64,000 bases of DNA from Rhodoglobus sp. (GCA_041736385.1 JBGSTT010000022.1:15977-79976); one strand, 5' to 3'. Shown: positions 50,343-60,739, counted from the stretch's first letter. Numbers and translations are program-made. Notes: generated by a model not told the origin, from the sequence alone.

Positions 50343-51695
50343 ATGAACAAGACAGCTGTCGTCGTAGTTGGAGCTGGCTATGCCGGCCTGTCCGCCGCGA
50401 GGATCCTGCAGCGCGCTGGAGTTCAAGCCACCGTGGTCGAAGCGCAGGCCAGAGTCGGCGGCCGCGCCCACACGGATCGAAGCGTGCATCCGGCAATTGA
50501 CCTGGGGGGTCAATTTATTGCGCCAGGGCACGATCGAATTCGATCCCTGGCTGGCGAGTATGGCCTGACCACGTACGCGTCCCACACTGCAGGGCGCGAC
50601 ATACTGGCAGAGGGGCAAGGGGTTCATCGACTAGGCAAGTGGATCTCGCCCATGATCCTCGTTCACGCCGCGACCCTCCTGCCAGCGATCGGCAGCATTA
50701 TGAGCCTCTCCCGCCGCGTTGACCCGCAGAGCCCGTGGGCGATGAAGGATGCCTCATACTGGGACTCCGTTACGGTCGCCGCCTATGTCGAGAGGCATGT
50801 GCCATCGAAGCGCGCCAGAGCGTGGATCGCTGAGCTATTACGAAGCGAGTTCTGCACAGAGCTCGACACGGTGTCGATGCTCACCTTTGCTACGACGATC
50901 GCCGGCTCCGGAGGACTTGCGGCGTCGTTCGGGGCGAGCGGCGCGCAGCAGGACTTGTTTGTCGAGGGCGCAGACCGACTTCCGCACCGAATGGCATCCG
51001 AACTTGAGGTTCACATGGATCAGGCCGTCCGACGCGTTTCGCGCACCGCAGGCGGGCTCGTCGTCGAGACCGATGACCGGGCGTACGAAGCGCACCGGGT
51101 GATCATGGCGACCCCGCCGCTTCTCACGAGGCAAGTCACCTTCGCGCCGGAACTTTCTCAAACGACGCGAGCTCACCTCGATCAGTTTGGAATGGGCCGG
51201 GTAATCAAGATGTGGGCGATTTACGACAAGCCGTTCTGGCGTGATGCGGGCAATTCCGGGACCGTTCTGATGCCGGGCGGACCCGTTTCAGCGGTTGCCG
51301 ATGTCTCTCAGCCCGGAGGTCCCGGTCAGTTGTGCATCTTTGCGGGAGGCTCCACCGCGGACAAACTCGCGCGCCTCACGCCACCTGAACGTCGGGCAGT
51401 CGTACTGAGCAGCCTCGAGAAGATCTTCGGGCACCCTGCCTCACAGCCACGCACCTGGCGCGAGAAGGTGTGGGCCGAAGATCAATGGGCCCTTGGTGGA
51501 TACAGTGCAATACCGGCACCGGGAGCGCTTGGCGACCTCAGTGAATCTCCTTGGCAACCGTCTGGCGGCATCCACTGGGCTGGCACCGAGGTCGCCACCG
51601 AGTGGGGGGGCTTCTTCGAGGGCGCGATTCGCTCTGGCGAGAACGCCGCGCGTGAGGTTATCGCCTCGATGCGCGAACCAGTCGATGCTTCGTGA
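50343..51695 (+). CDS. Flavin monoamine oxidase family protein
   Basis: GAGYAGLSAA, EAQARVGGR, DLGGQF, WAGTE...GFFEGAIRSG; AGGAG RBS. Confidence 0.9.
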   Translation: MNKTAVVVVGAGYAGLSAARILQRAGVQATVVEAQARVGGRAHTDRSVHPAIDLGGQFIAPGHDRIRSLAGEYGLTTYASHTAGRDILAEGQGVHRLGKWISPMILVHAATLLPAIGSIMSLSRRVDPQSPWAMKDASYWDSVTVAAYVERHVPSKRARAWIAELLRSEFCTELDTVSMLTFATTIAGSGGLAASFGASGAQQDLFVEGADRLPHRMASELEVHMDQAVRRVSRTAGGLVVETDDRAYEAHRVIMATPPLLTRQVTFAPELSQTTRAHLDQFGMGRVIKMWAIYDKPFWRDAGNSGTVLMPGGPVSAVADVSQPGGPGQLCIFAGGSTADKLARLTPPERRAVVLSSLEKIFGHPASQPRTWREKVWAEDQWALGGYSAIPAPGALGDLSESPWQPSGGIHWAGTEVATEWGGFFEGAIRSGENAAREVIASMREPVDAS

Positions 51696-51732
51696 TTCCG
51701 TTCGAGCTCGACCCTCCTACGAAACGCACCCG

Positions 51733-52278
51733 TTAGCGTCGCGTCGCGCGCTCAACGAGTTGGATCAGCGCGTCCAGTTCGGCTCCCCGAGGCACTGGAC
51801 CGGGGATGGCCCCGCCAGCCAAGGCGTTGTTGAAGTAGAGCCCGTCGCTTACCAACATGACGAGATCCAGGGACGCTGCATCCTTGGTGTGCGGACGCAG
51901 GGCAGCACCCCACCGCTCGCGCACGTCGCGCAGAGCGTCGCTCGCGAGAGTATTCCCACCTTGAGCTAGCCGCGCGGTCGCAAGAATCGCGCGATCAAGG
52001 GGGTCGTTCTCCATAACAGACGACCGCAAAAAATAGGCGACCGCGCCGTCTTCCGCGATCTTCATCGCAGCAATATCGTCTGTCACCAGCGCATCCAGGC
52101 GCTCAACCACGCCAGATTCGAGCGCATCCTTCGACGCAAAGTGATATAGCAGTCCGCCCTTGGATACGCCAGCAGCTTTGGCCGCGGCATCCATCGTCGC
52201 TGCGCGCTCACCCTCGTCGATCAGGATCGCCGCGAATGCGTCGAGTACTCGCTCACGGGCTAGTGGGGGTCGGCCCAT
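51733..52278 (-). CDS. TetR family regulator (LfrR-like)
   Basis: ATMDAAAKAAGVSKGGLLYHFASK; divergent from MFS gene. Confidence 0.88.
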   Translation of the reverse strand: MGRPPLARERVLDAFAAILIDEGERAATMDAAAKAAGVSKGGLLYHFASKDALESGVVERLDALVTDDIAAMKIAEDGAVAYFLRSSVMENDPLDRAILATARLAQGGNTLASDALRDVRERWGAALRPHTKDAASLDLVMLVSDGLYFNNALAGGAIPGPVPRGAELDALIQLVERATRR

Positions 52279-52331
52279 GTGCTCGATCGTATCAAGCGAG
52301 TTCTCAGTTACGGCGCATCTGCCCCTGTTAC

Positions 52332-52387
52332 TATACCGACTGGCCGGTTTATATATACTGGTTGGTCTGTAAACACTGGCCGGTTCA
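52332..52387. promoter_or_regulatory. Putative TetR operator array
   Basis: TATACCGACTGGCCGGTTTA imperfect palindrome followed by two degenerate copies. Confidence 0.6.
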
Positions 52388-52403
52388 TAAAATGAGGAAA
52401 GAA

Positions 52404-53948
52404 ATGACAACCACAGCCACCAACACAGCGACGACCGTTGACCAACGTGTCGGACGCCGCGGCTGGGCTGCACTCGTGGTGCTCATGCTGCCGGTGCTGC
52501 TCATCTCAGTGGACAACACCGTGCTGAGCTTCGCGCTGCCCCAGATCGCGCTCGATCTCACTCCAACGGCGACTCAACAACTGTGGATCATCAGCGCATA
52601 TCCGCTCGTGCTCGCAAGCCTGCTGGTGACCATGGGTGTGCTCGGTGACCGCTTCGGCAGACGACGGATGCTTCTTATCGGCGCGACCGGCTTCGGCATC
52701 GTCTCGGGTTTGGCAGCCTTCGCGCCGAGCGCAGAGTGGCTCATCGCCTCCCGCGCAACGATGGGGGTGTTCGGCGCGATGCTGATGCCATCCACCCTCT
52801 CGCTCCTGCGCAGCATCTTCACGAACCGGGACCAGCGACGCCTGGCAATCGCCGTCTGGGCGTCCTGCTTCTCTGCGGGTGCCGCGCTCGGTCCGGTCGT
52901 CGGCGGCATCCTGCTCGAACACTTCGCCTGGGGATCTGTCTTCCTCATGGCGATTCCTGTGCTCGTGCCCCTGCTCGTACTCGCGCCAATTCTCGTGCCA
53001 GAGAGCAGCGATCCGAACCCCGGCCGCTTCGACCCCATGAGCGTTGCCTTGTCGCTGGCAACCATGGTGCCGACCGTCTATGCCATCAAGGAGTTCGCGG
53101 TGCACGGAACAGAGAGCGCGCTGCCGATCGTCCTGATCATTGCCGGGCTGGTGTTCGGCGTGCTCTTCGTGCGCCGGCAGAACCGACTCGAAACGCCCAT
53201 GCTCGACATGGCGCTGTTCCGCCTCCCAACATTCTCGGGCTCCGTATTAGTAAACCTGCTGAGCGTCACAGTGCTCGTCGGGTTCCTCTATTTCGTCGCA
53301 CAGCACCTTCAGCTGATCGTTGGGCTTTCGCCAATGGAGTCCGGGCTGGTCCTCGTTCCTGGACTGCTCGCCATGATCGTTGCTGGCATCGGAGTGGTGC
53401 CAATCGCTAAGCGCGTTGCCCCACGACTCGTGGTGCCTGCAGCCCTGGGGTTCTCGATCGTCGGCTATCTCATGGCGGCGGTGAGCACGACGTCCGGCGC
53501 GCTCCCGCTGCTCATCGCTGCGTTCGTGTCGCTCGGCATCGGAATCGGCGCGGCAGAGACCGTCTCAAACGAACTCGTGCTCGCCAGCGCCCCGCCCGCG
53601 AAGGCCGGGGCTGCGAGCGCCGTGTCCGAGACCGCGTACGAACTCGGCGCCGTTCTCGGGACGACGATCATCGGTGGAATTCTTGCCGCGTCCTATCGAT
53701 CGAGTCTCCTGCTACCCAGCGGGCTGCCGAACGATGTCGCGGAGGCCGCCCGCGAGACGCTCGCCGGGGCTATCGCGAGCTCGAGCGCGCTTGACGATAC
53801 GCTCGGCCAAGCATTGCGGGATGCCGCCGCCACGGCATTCGACAGCGGTGCTGGCGCAGCAACTCTCCTCGGCGTGGCACTCCTTGTGCTCGCCGCTGTG
53901 ATCGCCGCGCTCACGCTCGGCGGGCGGGCCAAGCCGGAGAGTCCCTGA
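52404..53948 (+). CDS. DHA2 (14-TM) MFS efflux pump, QacA/LfrA-like
   Basis: VDNTVLSFALP, GVLGDRFGRRR motif A, GPVVGG, SETAYELG. Confidence 0.92.
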   Translation: MTTTATNTATTVDQRVGRRGWAALVVLMLPVLLISVDNTVLSFALPQIALDLTPTATQQLWIISAYPLVLASLLVTMGVLGDRFGRRRMLLIGATGFGIVSGLAAFAPSAEWLIASRATMGVFGAMLMPSTLSLLRSIFTNRDQRRLAIAVWASCFSAGAALGPVVGGILLEHFAWGSVFLMAIPVLVPLLVLAPILVPESSDPNPGRFDPMSVALSLATMVPTVYAIKEFAVHGTESALPIVLIIAGLVFGVLFVRRQNRLETPMLDMALFRLPTFSGSVLVNLLSVTVLVGFLYFVAQHLQLIVGLSPMESGLVLVPGLLAMIVAGIGVVPIAKRVAPRLVVPAALGFSIVGYLMAAVSTTSGALPLLIAAFVSLGIGIGAAETVSNELVLASAPPAKAGAASAVSETAYELGAVLGTTIIGGILAASYRSSLLLPSGLPNDVAEAARETLAGAIASSSALDDTLGQALRDAAATAFDSGAGAATLLGVALLVLAAVIAALTLGGRAKPESP

Positions 53949-53977
53949 CCCCGACCGGCCAGCGATTCAAAAAAACG

Positions 53978-54059
53978 TGGCAAGTGAGGGATTCGAACCC
54001 CCGAAGTCTGAGACGTCTGATTTACAGTCAGATCCCTTTGGCCGCTTGGGTAACTTGCC
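53978..54059 (-). tRNA. tRNA-Tyr(GTA)
   Basis: GGCAAGTTACCCAAGCGGCCAAAGGGATCTGACTGTAAATCAGACGTCTCAGACTTCGGGGGTTCGAATCCCTCACTTGCCA with long variable arm. Confidence 0.96.
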
Positions 54060-54182
54060 GGGGCGCCTCCGACCACGTGTTATCACCTGGCCGAACGCGC
54101 GGGATCAAGAATACAAGGTTGCAGTGCCAGCGGTTACCACGGCCGCCGGTAAGATCAGCGGGGGCCTAAGGAGGTGCCGTCA

Positions 54183-55217
54183 ATGCCGGGAATCAATGAA
54201 GTCGCCCAGTTGGCTGGAGTGTCCACCGCGACGGTCTCACGAGCACTGAGCGGCAACGGCCACGTCGCAGAGGAGACCAGGGCACGCGTGCTCGCTGCTG
54301 CCCGTGAACTCGAGTACGTCGTCTCCTCGAACGCGTCGAGTTTGGCGACTGGGCACATGAAGAACGTCGGCGTGGTCATCCCGTTCCTCAACCGTTGGTT
54401 CTATGGCGCCGTACTGGAGGGTGCTGAGCAGTCACTTCTGAGCCACGGCTACGACCTCACCCTCTATAACCTCAGCGGTGGCGGCGAGGAGCGCACAAGC
54501 GTGTTCGAGCATTTTCTGCTGCGCAAGCGCGTGGATGCCGTCATCGCGATCGCCCTCGAACTCACGGAAAGCGAGGTGGGCCGCCTCCATGACATGAACA
54601 AGCCCATCGTCGGCGTCGGTGGCTCGATTAAGGGTGTGCGCACCCTGAGCATCGACGATCCGGGGGTTGCCCGGCTCGCGACCGAGCACCTCATCTCGCT
54701 CGGCCACCGTTCGATCGGCCTCATCGGTGGGGACAGCGCTTCTGAAATGGACTTCCACGTGCCAACGCAGCGGCAGCAGGGCTACGAAGAGGCGCTTGCT
54801 GCCGAGGGCATTCCGATCGATGTCGAGCTCTACCAAGCCGCGGACTTCACGATTCAGGGCGGGTACACCGCAGCGAAGCAGCTGCTCGGCAATCCGCGCA
54901 AGCGCCCTACCGCCGTTTTTGCGGCATCCGATGAAATGGCGATTGGCACCATTCTTGCCGCCCGCGATCTCGGGCTGAACGTGCCACAAGACGTCTCGGT
55001 GATCGGCGTAGACGACCACGAACTCGCCGAGTTCTTCGGCCTATCAACGATCGCGCAGTTCCCTGCGCTGCAGGGTCGCCTCGCGGTCGACATCGTCATG
55101 GAGCAATTGCACCCTGGCAGGAAAGAGTTTGCCGCGGCTAACACCCCGCTGCCGTTCGAGTTGATTGTTCGGTCAAGCACCGCTCGTCCGCGCAGTCACT
55201 CCGCGGAATCCCGATAG
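54183..55217 (+). CDS. LacI-family transcriptional regulator
   Basis: INEVAQLAGVSTATVSRALS, SDEMAIG, GVDDH; AAGGAGG RBS. Confidence 0.93.
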   Translation: MPGINEVAQLAGVSTATVSRALSGNGHVAEETRARVLAAARELEYVVSSNASSLATGHMKNVGVVIPFLNRWFYGAVLEGAEQSLLSHGYDLTLYNLSGGGEERTSVFEHFLLRKRVDAVIAIALELTESEVGRLHDMNKPIVGVGGSIKGVRTLSIDDPGVARLATEHLISLGHRSIGLIGGDSASEMDFHVPTQRQQGYEEALAAEGIPIDVELYQAADFTIQGGYTAAKQLLGNPRKRPTAVFAASDEMAIGTILAARDLGLNVPQDVSVIGVDDHELAEFFGLSTIAQFPALQGRLAVDIVMEQLHPGRKEFAAANTPLPFELIVRSSTARPRSHSAESR

Positions 55218-55927
55218 CGGTTGGCGGCGTCAGCAACCTTGCCTGCGTAGGTTGTTGCGGTGTTGTATGCGGCGATCCCTTCGCGCCAGCCGTCGGGAGT
55301 AGACATATCTCCAGCGACGGCACGGCACATGTGGTTGGCCCCGGCGATCGCGGCGTCGGAGAGATTGTGCGGGTCTGGCACTCCATCGCCGTTGCCATCG
55401 GACGGAAAACTCGCCCACGTCTGAGGGATCAGTTGCATCGGCCCGACCGCCCTGTCGTAGTCGGCGATTCCATCGACCGCGCCGCCGTCACTGTCCGGGA
55501 TGTTGAGAGTGTCGCCACCGTCGAGCACCACCCCGAAGATTTCGGGCACGGCCCGAAAGTCGGCGCCAACCTCCGCCCCGCCGTAACGGCCGTGGTCGCT
55601 CTCGACGAAGCCGATCGCAGCGATCGTGTTCCAACCGAGCGAGCACCCCGGGAATGCTTCCTCGCTGCGGATCGCCGCACCAGCATAGGCCAACAGCGCC
55701 AGCGGCGGGATGCCAGTAGCCGCCGCCGTTCGCTCGGCCCAGTCGGGGTCGATGAGTCCGACGTAGCCCGGCTGCGTCGGCACGGAAGCCTGGGGCGGCG
55801 GCGGGGACTGCTCGGCGAACGACTCGCCTTCTACTGGGGCAGCGGAGCATCCAGCCGTCACGATCAGAACCGATGCGGCCAACGCCGCAACATTGGCCGA
55901 GAGCCAGAACTTCGCCGCGGTAGCCAT
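55196..55927 (-). CDS. Lytic transglycosylase-like lipoprotein
   Basis: Lipobox TAGC; IGFVESDHG, AVGPMQLIPQTW, AAYN. Confidence 0.88.
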   Translation of the reverse strand: MATAAKFWLSANVAALAASVLIVTAGCSAAPVEGESFAEQSPPPPQASVPTQPGYVGLIDPDWAERTAAATGIPPLALLAYAGAAIRSEEAFPGCSLGWNTIAAIGFVESDHGRYGGAEVGADFRAVPEIFGVVLDGGDTLNIPDSDGGAVDGIADYDRAVGPMQLIPQTWASFPSDGNGDGVPDPHNLSDAAIAGANHMCRAVAGDMSTPDGWREGIAAYNTATTYAGKVADAANRYRDSAE

Positions 55928-55949
55928 ATTGACGTTCTAGCATGGGCAC

Positions 55950-56438
55950 ATGGCAGATTCCACATTCGACATCGTCAGCAAAGTCGACAAGATGGAGGCG
56001 GATAACGCCGTCAACCAGGCCCAGAAAGAGATCGTGACCCGCTACGACTTCAAGGGGGTCGGCGCATCCGTCGAATGGAGCGGCGAGAAACTGTTGCTCA
56101 AGGCGAGCGCGGAGGAGCGTGTCAAGGCCGTGCTTGAGGTGCTCGAACAGAAGTTCATTAAGCGCGGCATCTCGCTGCGTAGCCTCGACGCCGGCGAGCC
56201 GTACCCGAGCGGCAAAGAGTTCCGCATCGAGGTCGGGCTGAAGAACGGCATCTCCTCTGACGACGCGAAGAAGGTCGCCAAGATCATCCGCGACGAAGGG
56301 CCGAAAAGCGTGAAGGCGCAGATTCAGGGCGATGAGCTGCGGGTGCAATCAAAGAGCCGCGACGATCTGCAGGCAACCATGGCCCTGCTCAAGGGCAAGG
56401 ACCTCGACGTCGATCTGCAGTTCGTGAACTTCCGCTGA
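55950..56438 (+). CDS. yajQ: YajQ family nucleotide-binding protein
   Basis: [34 protein letters not shown]. Confidence 0.96.
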   Translation: MADSTFDIVSKVDKMEADNAVNQAQKEIVTRYDFKGVGASVEWSGEKLLLKASAEERVKAVLEVLEQKFIKRGISLRSLDAGEPYPSGKEFRIEVGLKNGISSDDAKKVAKIIRDEGPKSVKAQIQGDELRVQSKSRDDLQATMALLKGKDLDVDLQFVNFR

Positions 56439-56545
56439 CACCCCGCGCTGGAGCTTGGAGGATCGCAGAGCGATCCCGCGACGCCAGCGCCGACGAAGCT
56501 GCGCTTCGGCGGTTCTCAGAGCTGTTCAGTCAATAGACTGCCCCC

Positions 56546-58021
56546 GTGGATGAAGTCAACACGATCGTGCTGGACTTCAACCTGTCGCTTGCGACGATTC
56601 TCGTGCTCGTCGACTTCATCATTCGCGTTGTTGCCGTCGTCTATGTCCCGCGCAACCGCCGGCCGCAGACTGCGCTCGCCTGGCTCCTCGCGATCTTCTT
56701 CATCCCGTACATCGGCATCCTGCTGTTCCTGTTGGTCGGCAACAGCAAACTCCCGAAGGGGCGCCGCCGCAAGCAAGAGGAGATCAACCAGTACATCATC
56801 GACGGCACAGAGGGCATGGAGCACGTCATCGAGGATCCGCCGTGGCCTTCGTGGCTGCACCCGATCGTCGAACTGAACCGCAACCTCGGAGCCATGCCGC
56901 TCGTTGGCGGCAACAGCGCGAAGCTGCTCCCCGAGTACGAAGAGTCGCTTGCGGCAATGACCGATGCGGTGGATGCCGCGAGCCGAACCGTACACATCGA
57001 GTTCTACATTCTCTCGCTCGACCGCACGACCGCGCCGTTCTTCGACGCACTCGAACGAGCGGTGCAGCGGGGTGTGACGGTGCGTGTTCTGCTCGATCAC
57101 ATCGCATCCATTCGCACGGTCGGGCATCGCAAGACCGCCAGGAAGCTCACCCGGATCGGCACGACGTGGCACTACATGCTGCCGGTGCGACCACTGCGCG
57201 GGCAGTGGCAGCGCCCGGACTTGCGTAACCATCGCAAGCTGGTTGTTGTCGACCATGCCATTGGCTTCACCGGCTCGCAGAACTTCATCGACTCGAGCTA
57301 CAACAAACGCGGCAACATCAAGCGCGGCCTGCACTGGAAAGACCTGATGGTTCGATTCGAGGGCCCGATCGTTGCAGGCATCGAGGCGATCTTTGCGACC
57401 GACTGGTACTGCGAAACGAACGAGTTGCTCCTGCGCGAAACGCCGGTCGCGCGTGAAACGCGTGTGAATCCGGTCGATGCGCAAGTCGTGCCGAGCGGGC
57501 CCGGGTTCGAGGGTGAGAACAACCTCCGGCTTTTCAATTCACTCGTGTACGCCGCAACCGAGCAGATCATCATTACGAGTCCGTACTTCGTTCCGGATAG
57601 CTCGATGCTCTACGCCATCACGACGGCAGCACAAAGCGGACTCGACGTGCAGCTATTCGCCTCAGAGATCGGTGATCAGGCAGTCGTCTATCACGCCCAG
57701 CGCAGCTACTACGAAGAGCTGCTGCGCGCCGGGGTGCGCATCTGGCTCTACAAGGCGCCGACCGTACTGCACGCGAAGTTCTTCACCATCGACGATGAGG
57801 TCGCCGTCGTCGGCTCGAGCAACATGGACATGCGCTCGTTCGCGCTCGACCTCGAGATCTCGGTCATGGTGCGCGGGGCGAGCATCATCAACGACTTGCA
57901 CGCCCTCCAGGAGGAGTACCGCGCCAATAGTCGCGAGCTGACCATCGAAGAGTGGATGACACGCTCCTCCGTCTCGGCGACGTTCGACAACGTGGCTCGG
58001 CTTGCGGCGACTCTGCAGTAG
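56546..58021 (+). CDS. cls: Cardiolipin synthase
   Basis: Two N-terminal TM; two HKD motifs NHRKLVVVD and LHAKFFTID. Confidence 0.94.
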   Translation: MDEVNTIVLDFNLSLATILVLVDFIIRVVAVVYVPRNRRPQTALAWLLAIFFIPYIGILLFLLVGNSKLPKGRRRKQEEINQYIIDGTEGMEHVIEDPPWPSWLHPIVELNRNLGAMPLVGGNSAKLLPEYEESLAAMTDAVDAASRTVHIEFYILSLDRTTAPFFDALERAVQRGVTVRVLLDHIASIRTVGHRKTARKLTRIGTTWHYMLPVRPLRGQWQRPDLRNHRKLVVVDHAIGFTGSQNFIDSSYNKRGNIKRGLHWKDLMVRFEGPIVAGIEAIFATDWYCETNELLLRETPVARETRVNPVDAQVVPSGPGFEGENNLRLFNSLVYAATEQIIITSPYFVPDSSMLYAITTAAQSGLDVQLFASEIGDQAVVYHAQRSYYEELLRAGVRIWLYKAPTVLHAKFFTIDDEVAVVGSSNMDMRSFALDLEISVMVRGASIINDLHALQEEYRANSRELTIEEWMTRSSVSATFDNVARLAATLQ

Positions 58022-58071
58022 CCCCTGACGTCACAGGGAAGGCGCAATTGCCCGTTGGTAGAGTCGAAAAC

Positions 58072-60669
58072 ATGAGCGCCGCGACCGCCGACTTTGCTTC
58101 AAACTGGCCGCTTATTCACCGTGGTGCTGTGCACGTCCAAGCGTTGAAGGCGTTGGCGGCGCGTCCCTTTTCGGCCGCTCTGTTGACGGGCCCGACGGGG
58201 ATCGGCAAGTCCACGCTCGCCCGACAGGTGGTGGCTGAGTTGGAAGCGGACGGTCGGCGAGCCGTGCACGTGCTCGCACTGCGCGAACTGCAAGACGTGC
58301 CTCTCGGTGCCTTCGCGCCAGCGCTCGAATTCACACCGAGCGGAGCGGCCGGTGACCTCTCCAGCCGGCTATCAGATGTCGTTGGGTCGATTGCCCGCTT
58401 TCCAGACGCGGTGTTATTGGTGGATGATGCACCTCTGCTCGATGACCTCTCCGCGGCCGCCGTCTACCAACTCGTCAGGGTGCACAAGCTGAGCTGTCTG
58501 ATGACGGCTCGCGACGAACATCAGTTGACCGGTGCCATTCAGCGGCTCGATCATGAAGGCATTCTGACGCGAATTGCGGTAGAACCGTTGACCAACGGAG
58601 AAGTCGACAGTTTGCTCGAGCAACGTCTCGGGGGGCCTGTCGAGGCAGAGAGCGTTCGTTCGTTTCACCGGCGCAGCGCAGGCAATCCGCTCGTCGTGCG
58701 CACGCTAACCGTGGCTGCTGAAGAACAGCACACGATCCATGAGACATCACAGGGCCTGGTGGTCGACGAACCGCGGTTGCCACGACATGTCGGCGAGATC
58801 ATGTCTGAGCAACTCGCCACGCTATCTGCACCCGAGCGGCACCTTGCTCGGTTGATTGCCCTCGCTCAGCCGATACCGGTCGAGTTGCTCGCCGAGACCG
58901 CGCACGTCGATGGGCTCCGGGCGAGCGGTTTTCTCGTCGACTCCTCTGGCGCGACCAATCCGCAACTCACCATCTTCCATCCACTCGCCGCCCAACTACT
59001 GGTTGACAAGATGGGCCCGCTTGAGCGGCAGCAGCTCGCCGATGAGGCGTCAGCGCTGCTCGCCACCGCAGAAGACGAGCAGTTGCGCTTTCGCGGCGTT
59101 CTGCTCCGGGTTCGCTACGGACTTGCGGAGTCAGCGGAGACTCTCGCCGCGGCCGCCGGTTTCGCCGCAATGGTTCAGGACTACGGGCTTGCGCGCCAGT
59201 TGGCGTTACAAGCCAACGGACTTCGTGAACTGTTCCAGAGTTGTCTCGCGCTCGGTACCGCCGAGTCGGCGCTTGGCTCTCCAGCCGCAGTCGAAAGTTT
59301 TGAACGCGCAACTGCGCTCGCGACCAGTGAAGCTGAGCGAGCGCTTGCAACCCTTCGGCTCGGCCATCACTTCGCGATCCGGCTCGGCCAACCGAGGGAG
59401 GCGGTACGACGTGCGGAGGAAGCCCTCGAACACTTTGAGGATGACACGGCTCGCGGCATCCTCGAAGCCGATCTCGTGAAGTGGCGATCGATGGCTGGCG
59501 AATCACTCGCGATGGCAAACCCATCGGCTGAATCGAGCGAAGGGCTCGCGAGGCTGAGTGCGCTGATCAATGAAGCGATGGTCGGCGCTATGCTCGCCGA
59601 CACCGTCGCCACCAGCGCTGCCGTCGCGGCCGGCCGCCCGTTGGCGGATGAGTACCGCGCGCAGATTCCGTTTGCTGATGATTTGCTCGACCTCAACGAC
59701 TTTCTTGTTCTGGTGTTCGATGGCGAGCTCGGCGCTGCCGAGGAGTACGCCACGGCAAAACAGTCCGCTTTGCGAGGGGATTCTCGTGGGCAGTGGCGTT
59801 ACACCGCCGCCCTAATCGCGCTGCACACAGGGCGGGTCGTTGAAGCCGAGGTGAGCGCCAGGGACGCCGTGTTCGAACTGGAGCGACGTGACTTCACCGG
59901 CCTGATCGGGGCGGCCCGCGCTTTGCATGCCACCACACTTGCGCAACTCGGGCGACGGTCCGAAAGTCGGGTACTCCTCGACTCGCTTGACGCCAACCAC
60001 CGCCAAGATGCGAAGGTGGCGCTGCAGGCGGCCGAAGCCGAGGCCGCGATCCTCGTCGGTGACGGTGACCTGAATGCCGCAGCCCACGTCGTGGTCGAAG
60101 CTGCGACAACTGGCATCGCACACAACCATCTCGCGCTCAGCGCACTGACCCTGTACTCAGCGGTGCGGTTCGGACGAGCTTCGGCAATTAGTGGCCTGTT
60201 AGGTGAGCTCGCAGCGACCACGGGTAGCCGGTTGCTGCAGGTGCTTCACGAGCACGTCGACGCTGTGCTCTCGGGCGACCCCGAGCGGATGAGTCGCGTA
60301 GCAGAGCGGCTCGACACTGTCGGGCTCACCGCGAGCGCACGAACCCTCTGGGTCGAGGCGGCTGAATCGTTTGCACGTCGAGGCAAGAGCGAGCGTGCGC
60401 GTGCGTGCTTGCGCTCACTCGAGGCATCCGGGCGTGGCCTCAATCTGCTCGACCCGATCGAATACCGCCTGAGCCCGGATGACGCGCTTACGGTGCGCGA
60501 ATGGGAGGTTGCGAAGGCCGCCGCGAACCGTCAGCGCAGCGCAGAAATCGCTAAGCATCTCGGTGTCTCAACGCGCACCGTCGACAATCACCTGAGCCGA
60601 ATCTATAGAAAACTCGGCGTGCGGTCGCGGCTCGAATTGGCAAGCGTATTGGCGGAGCTCACTGAGTAG
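58072..60669 (+). CDS. Large ATP-binding LuxR-family (LAL) regulator
   Basis: GPTGIGKS, LLVDD, GNPL, C-terminal LTVREWEV...STRTVDNHLSRIYRKLGV. Confidence 0.9.
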   Translation: MSAATADFASNWPLIHRGAVHVQALKALAARPFSAALLTGPTGIGKSTLARQVVAELEADGRRAVHVLALRELQDVPLGAFAPALEFTPSGAAGDLSSRLSDVVGSIARFPDAVLLVDDAPLLDDLSAAAVYQLVRVHKLSCLMTARDEHQLTGAIQRLDHEGILTRIAVEPLTNGEVDSLLEQRLGGPVEAESVRSFHRRSAGNPLVVRTLTVAAEEQHTIHETSQGLVVDEPRLPRHVGEIMSEQLATLSAPERHLARLIALAQPIPVELLAETAHVDGLRASGFLVDSSGATNPQLTIFHPLAAQLLVDKMGPLERQQLADEASALLATAEDEQLRFRGVLLRVRYGLAESAETLAAAAGFAAMVQDYGLARQLALQANGLRELFQSCLALGTAESALGSPAAVESFERATALATSEAERALATLRLGHHFAIRLGQPREAVRRAEEALEHFEDDTARGILEADLVKWRSMAGESLAMANPSAESSEGLARLSALINEAMVGAMLADTVATSAAVAAGRPLADEYRAQIPFADDLLDLNDFLVLVFDGELGAAEEYATAKQSALRGDSRGQWRYTAALIALHTGRVVEAEVSARDAVFELERRDFTGLIGAARALHATTLAQLGRRSESRVLLDSLDANHRQDAKVALQAAEAEAAILVGDGDLNAAAHVVVEAATTGIAHNHLALSALTLYSAVRFGRASAISGLLGELAATTGSRLLQVLHEHVDAVLSGDPERMSRVAERLDTVGLTASARTLWVEAAESFARRGKSERARACLRSLEASGRGLNLLDPIEYRLSPDDALTVREWEVAKAAANRQRSAEIAKHLGVSTRTVDNHLSRIYRKLGVRSRLELASVLAELTE

Positions 60670-60680
60670 TTTCTACTCAG
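60662..60680. promoter_or_regulatory. Perfect palindrome CTGAGTAG-TTT-CTACTCAG, putative activator site
   Basis: Overlaps the regulator stop codon; centred about 32 nt upstream of a TATCTT -10 (60703) for the next gene. Confidence 0.7.
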
Positions 60681-60739
60681 GCCACGGTGGCTGGAGGTCT
60701 CCTATCTTAAAGTGATCACTTACCACCGAAAGGCTTCCC

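Noticed and set aside
39452-53977. tRNA-anchored integrative island between tRNA-Thr and tRNA-Tyr
   Set aside because: No integrase and no duplicated tRNA 3' end seen; includes housekeeping-type genes (suhB-like, M23)
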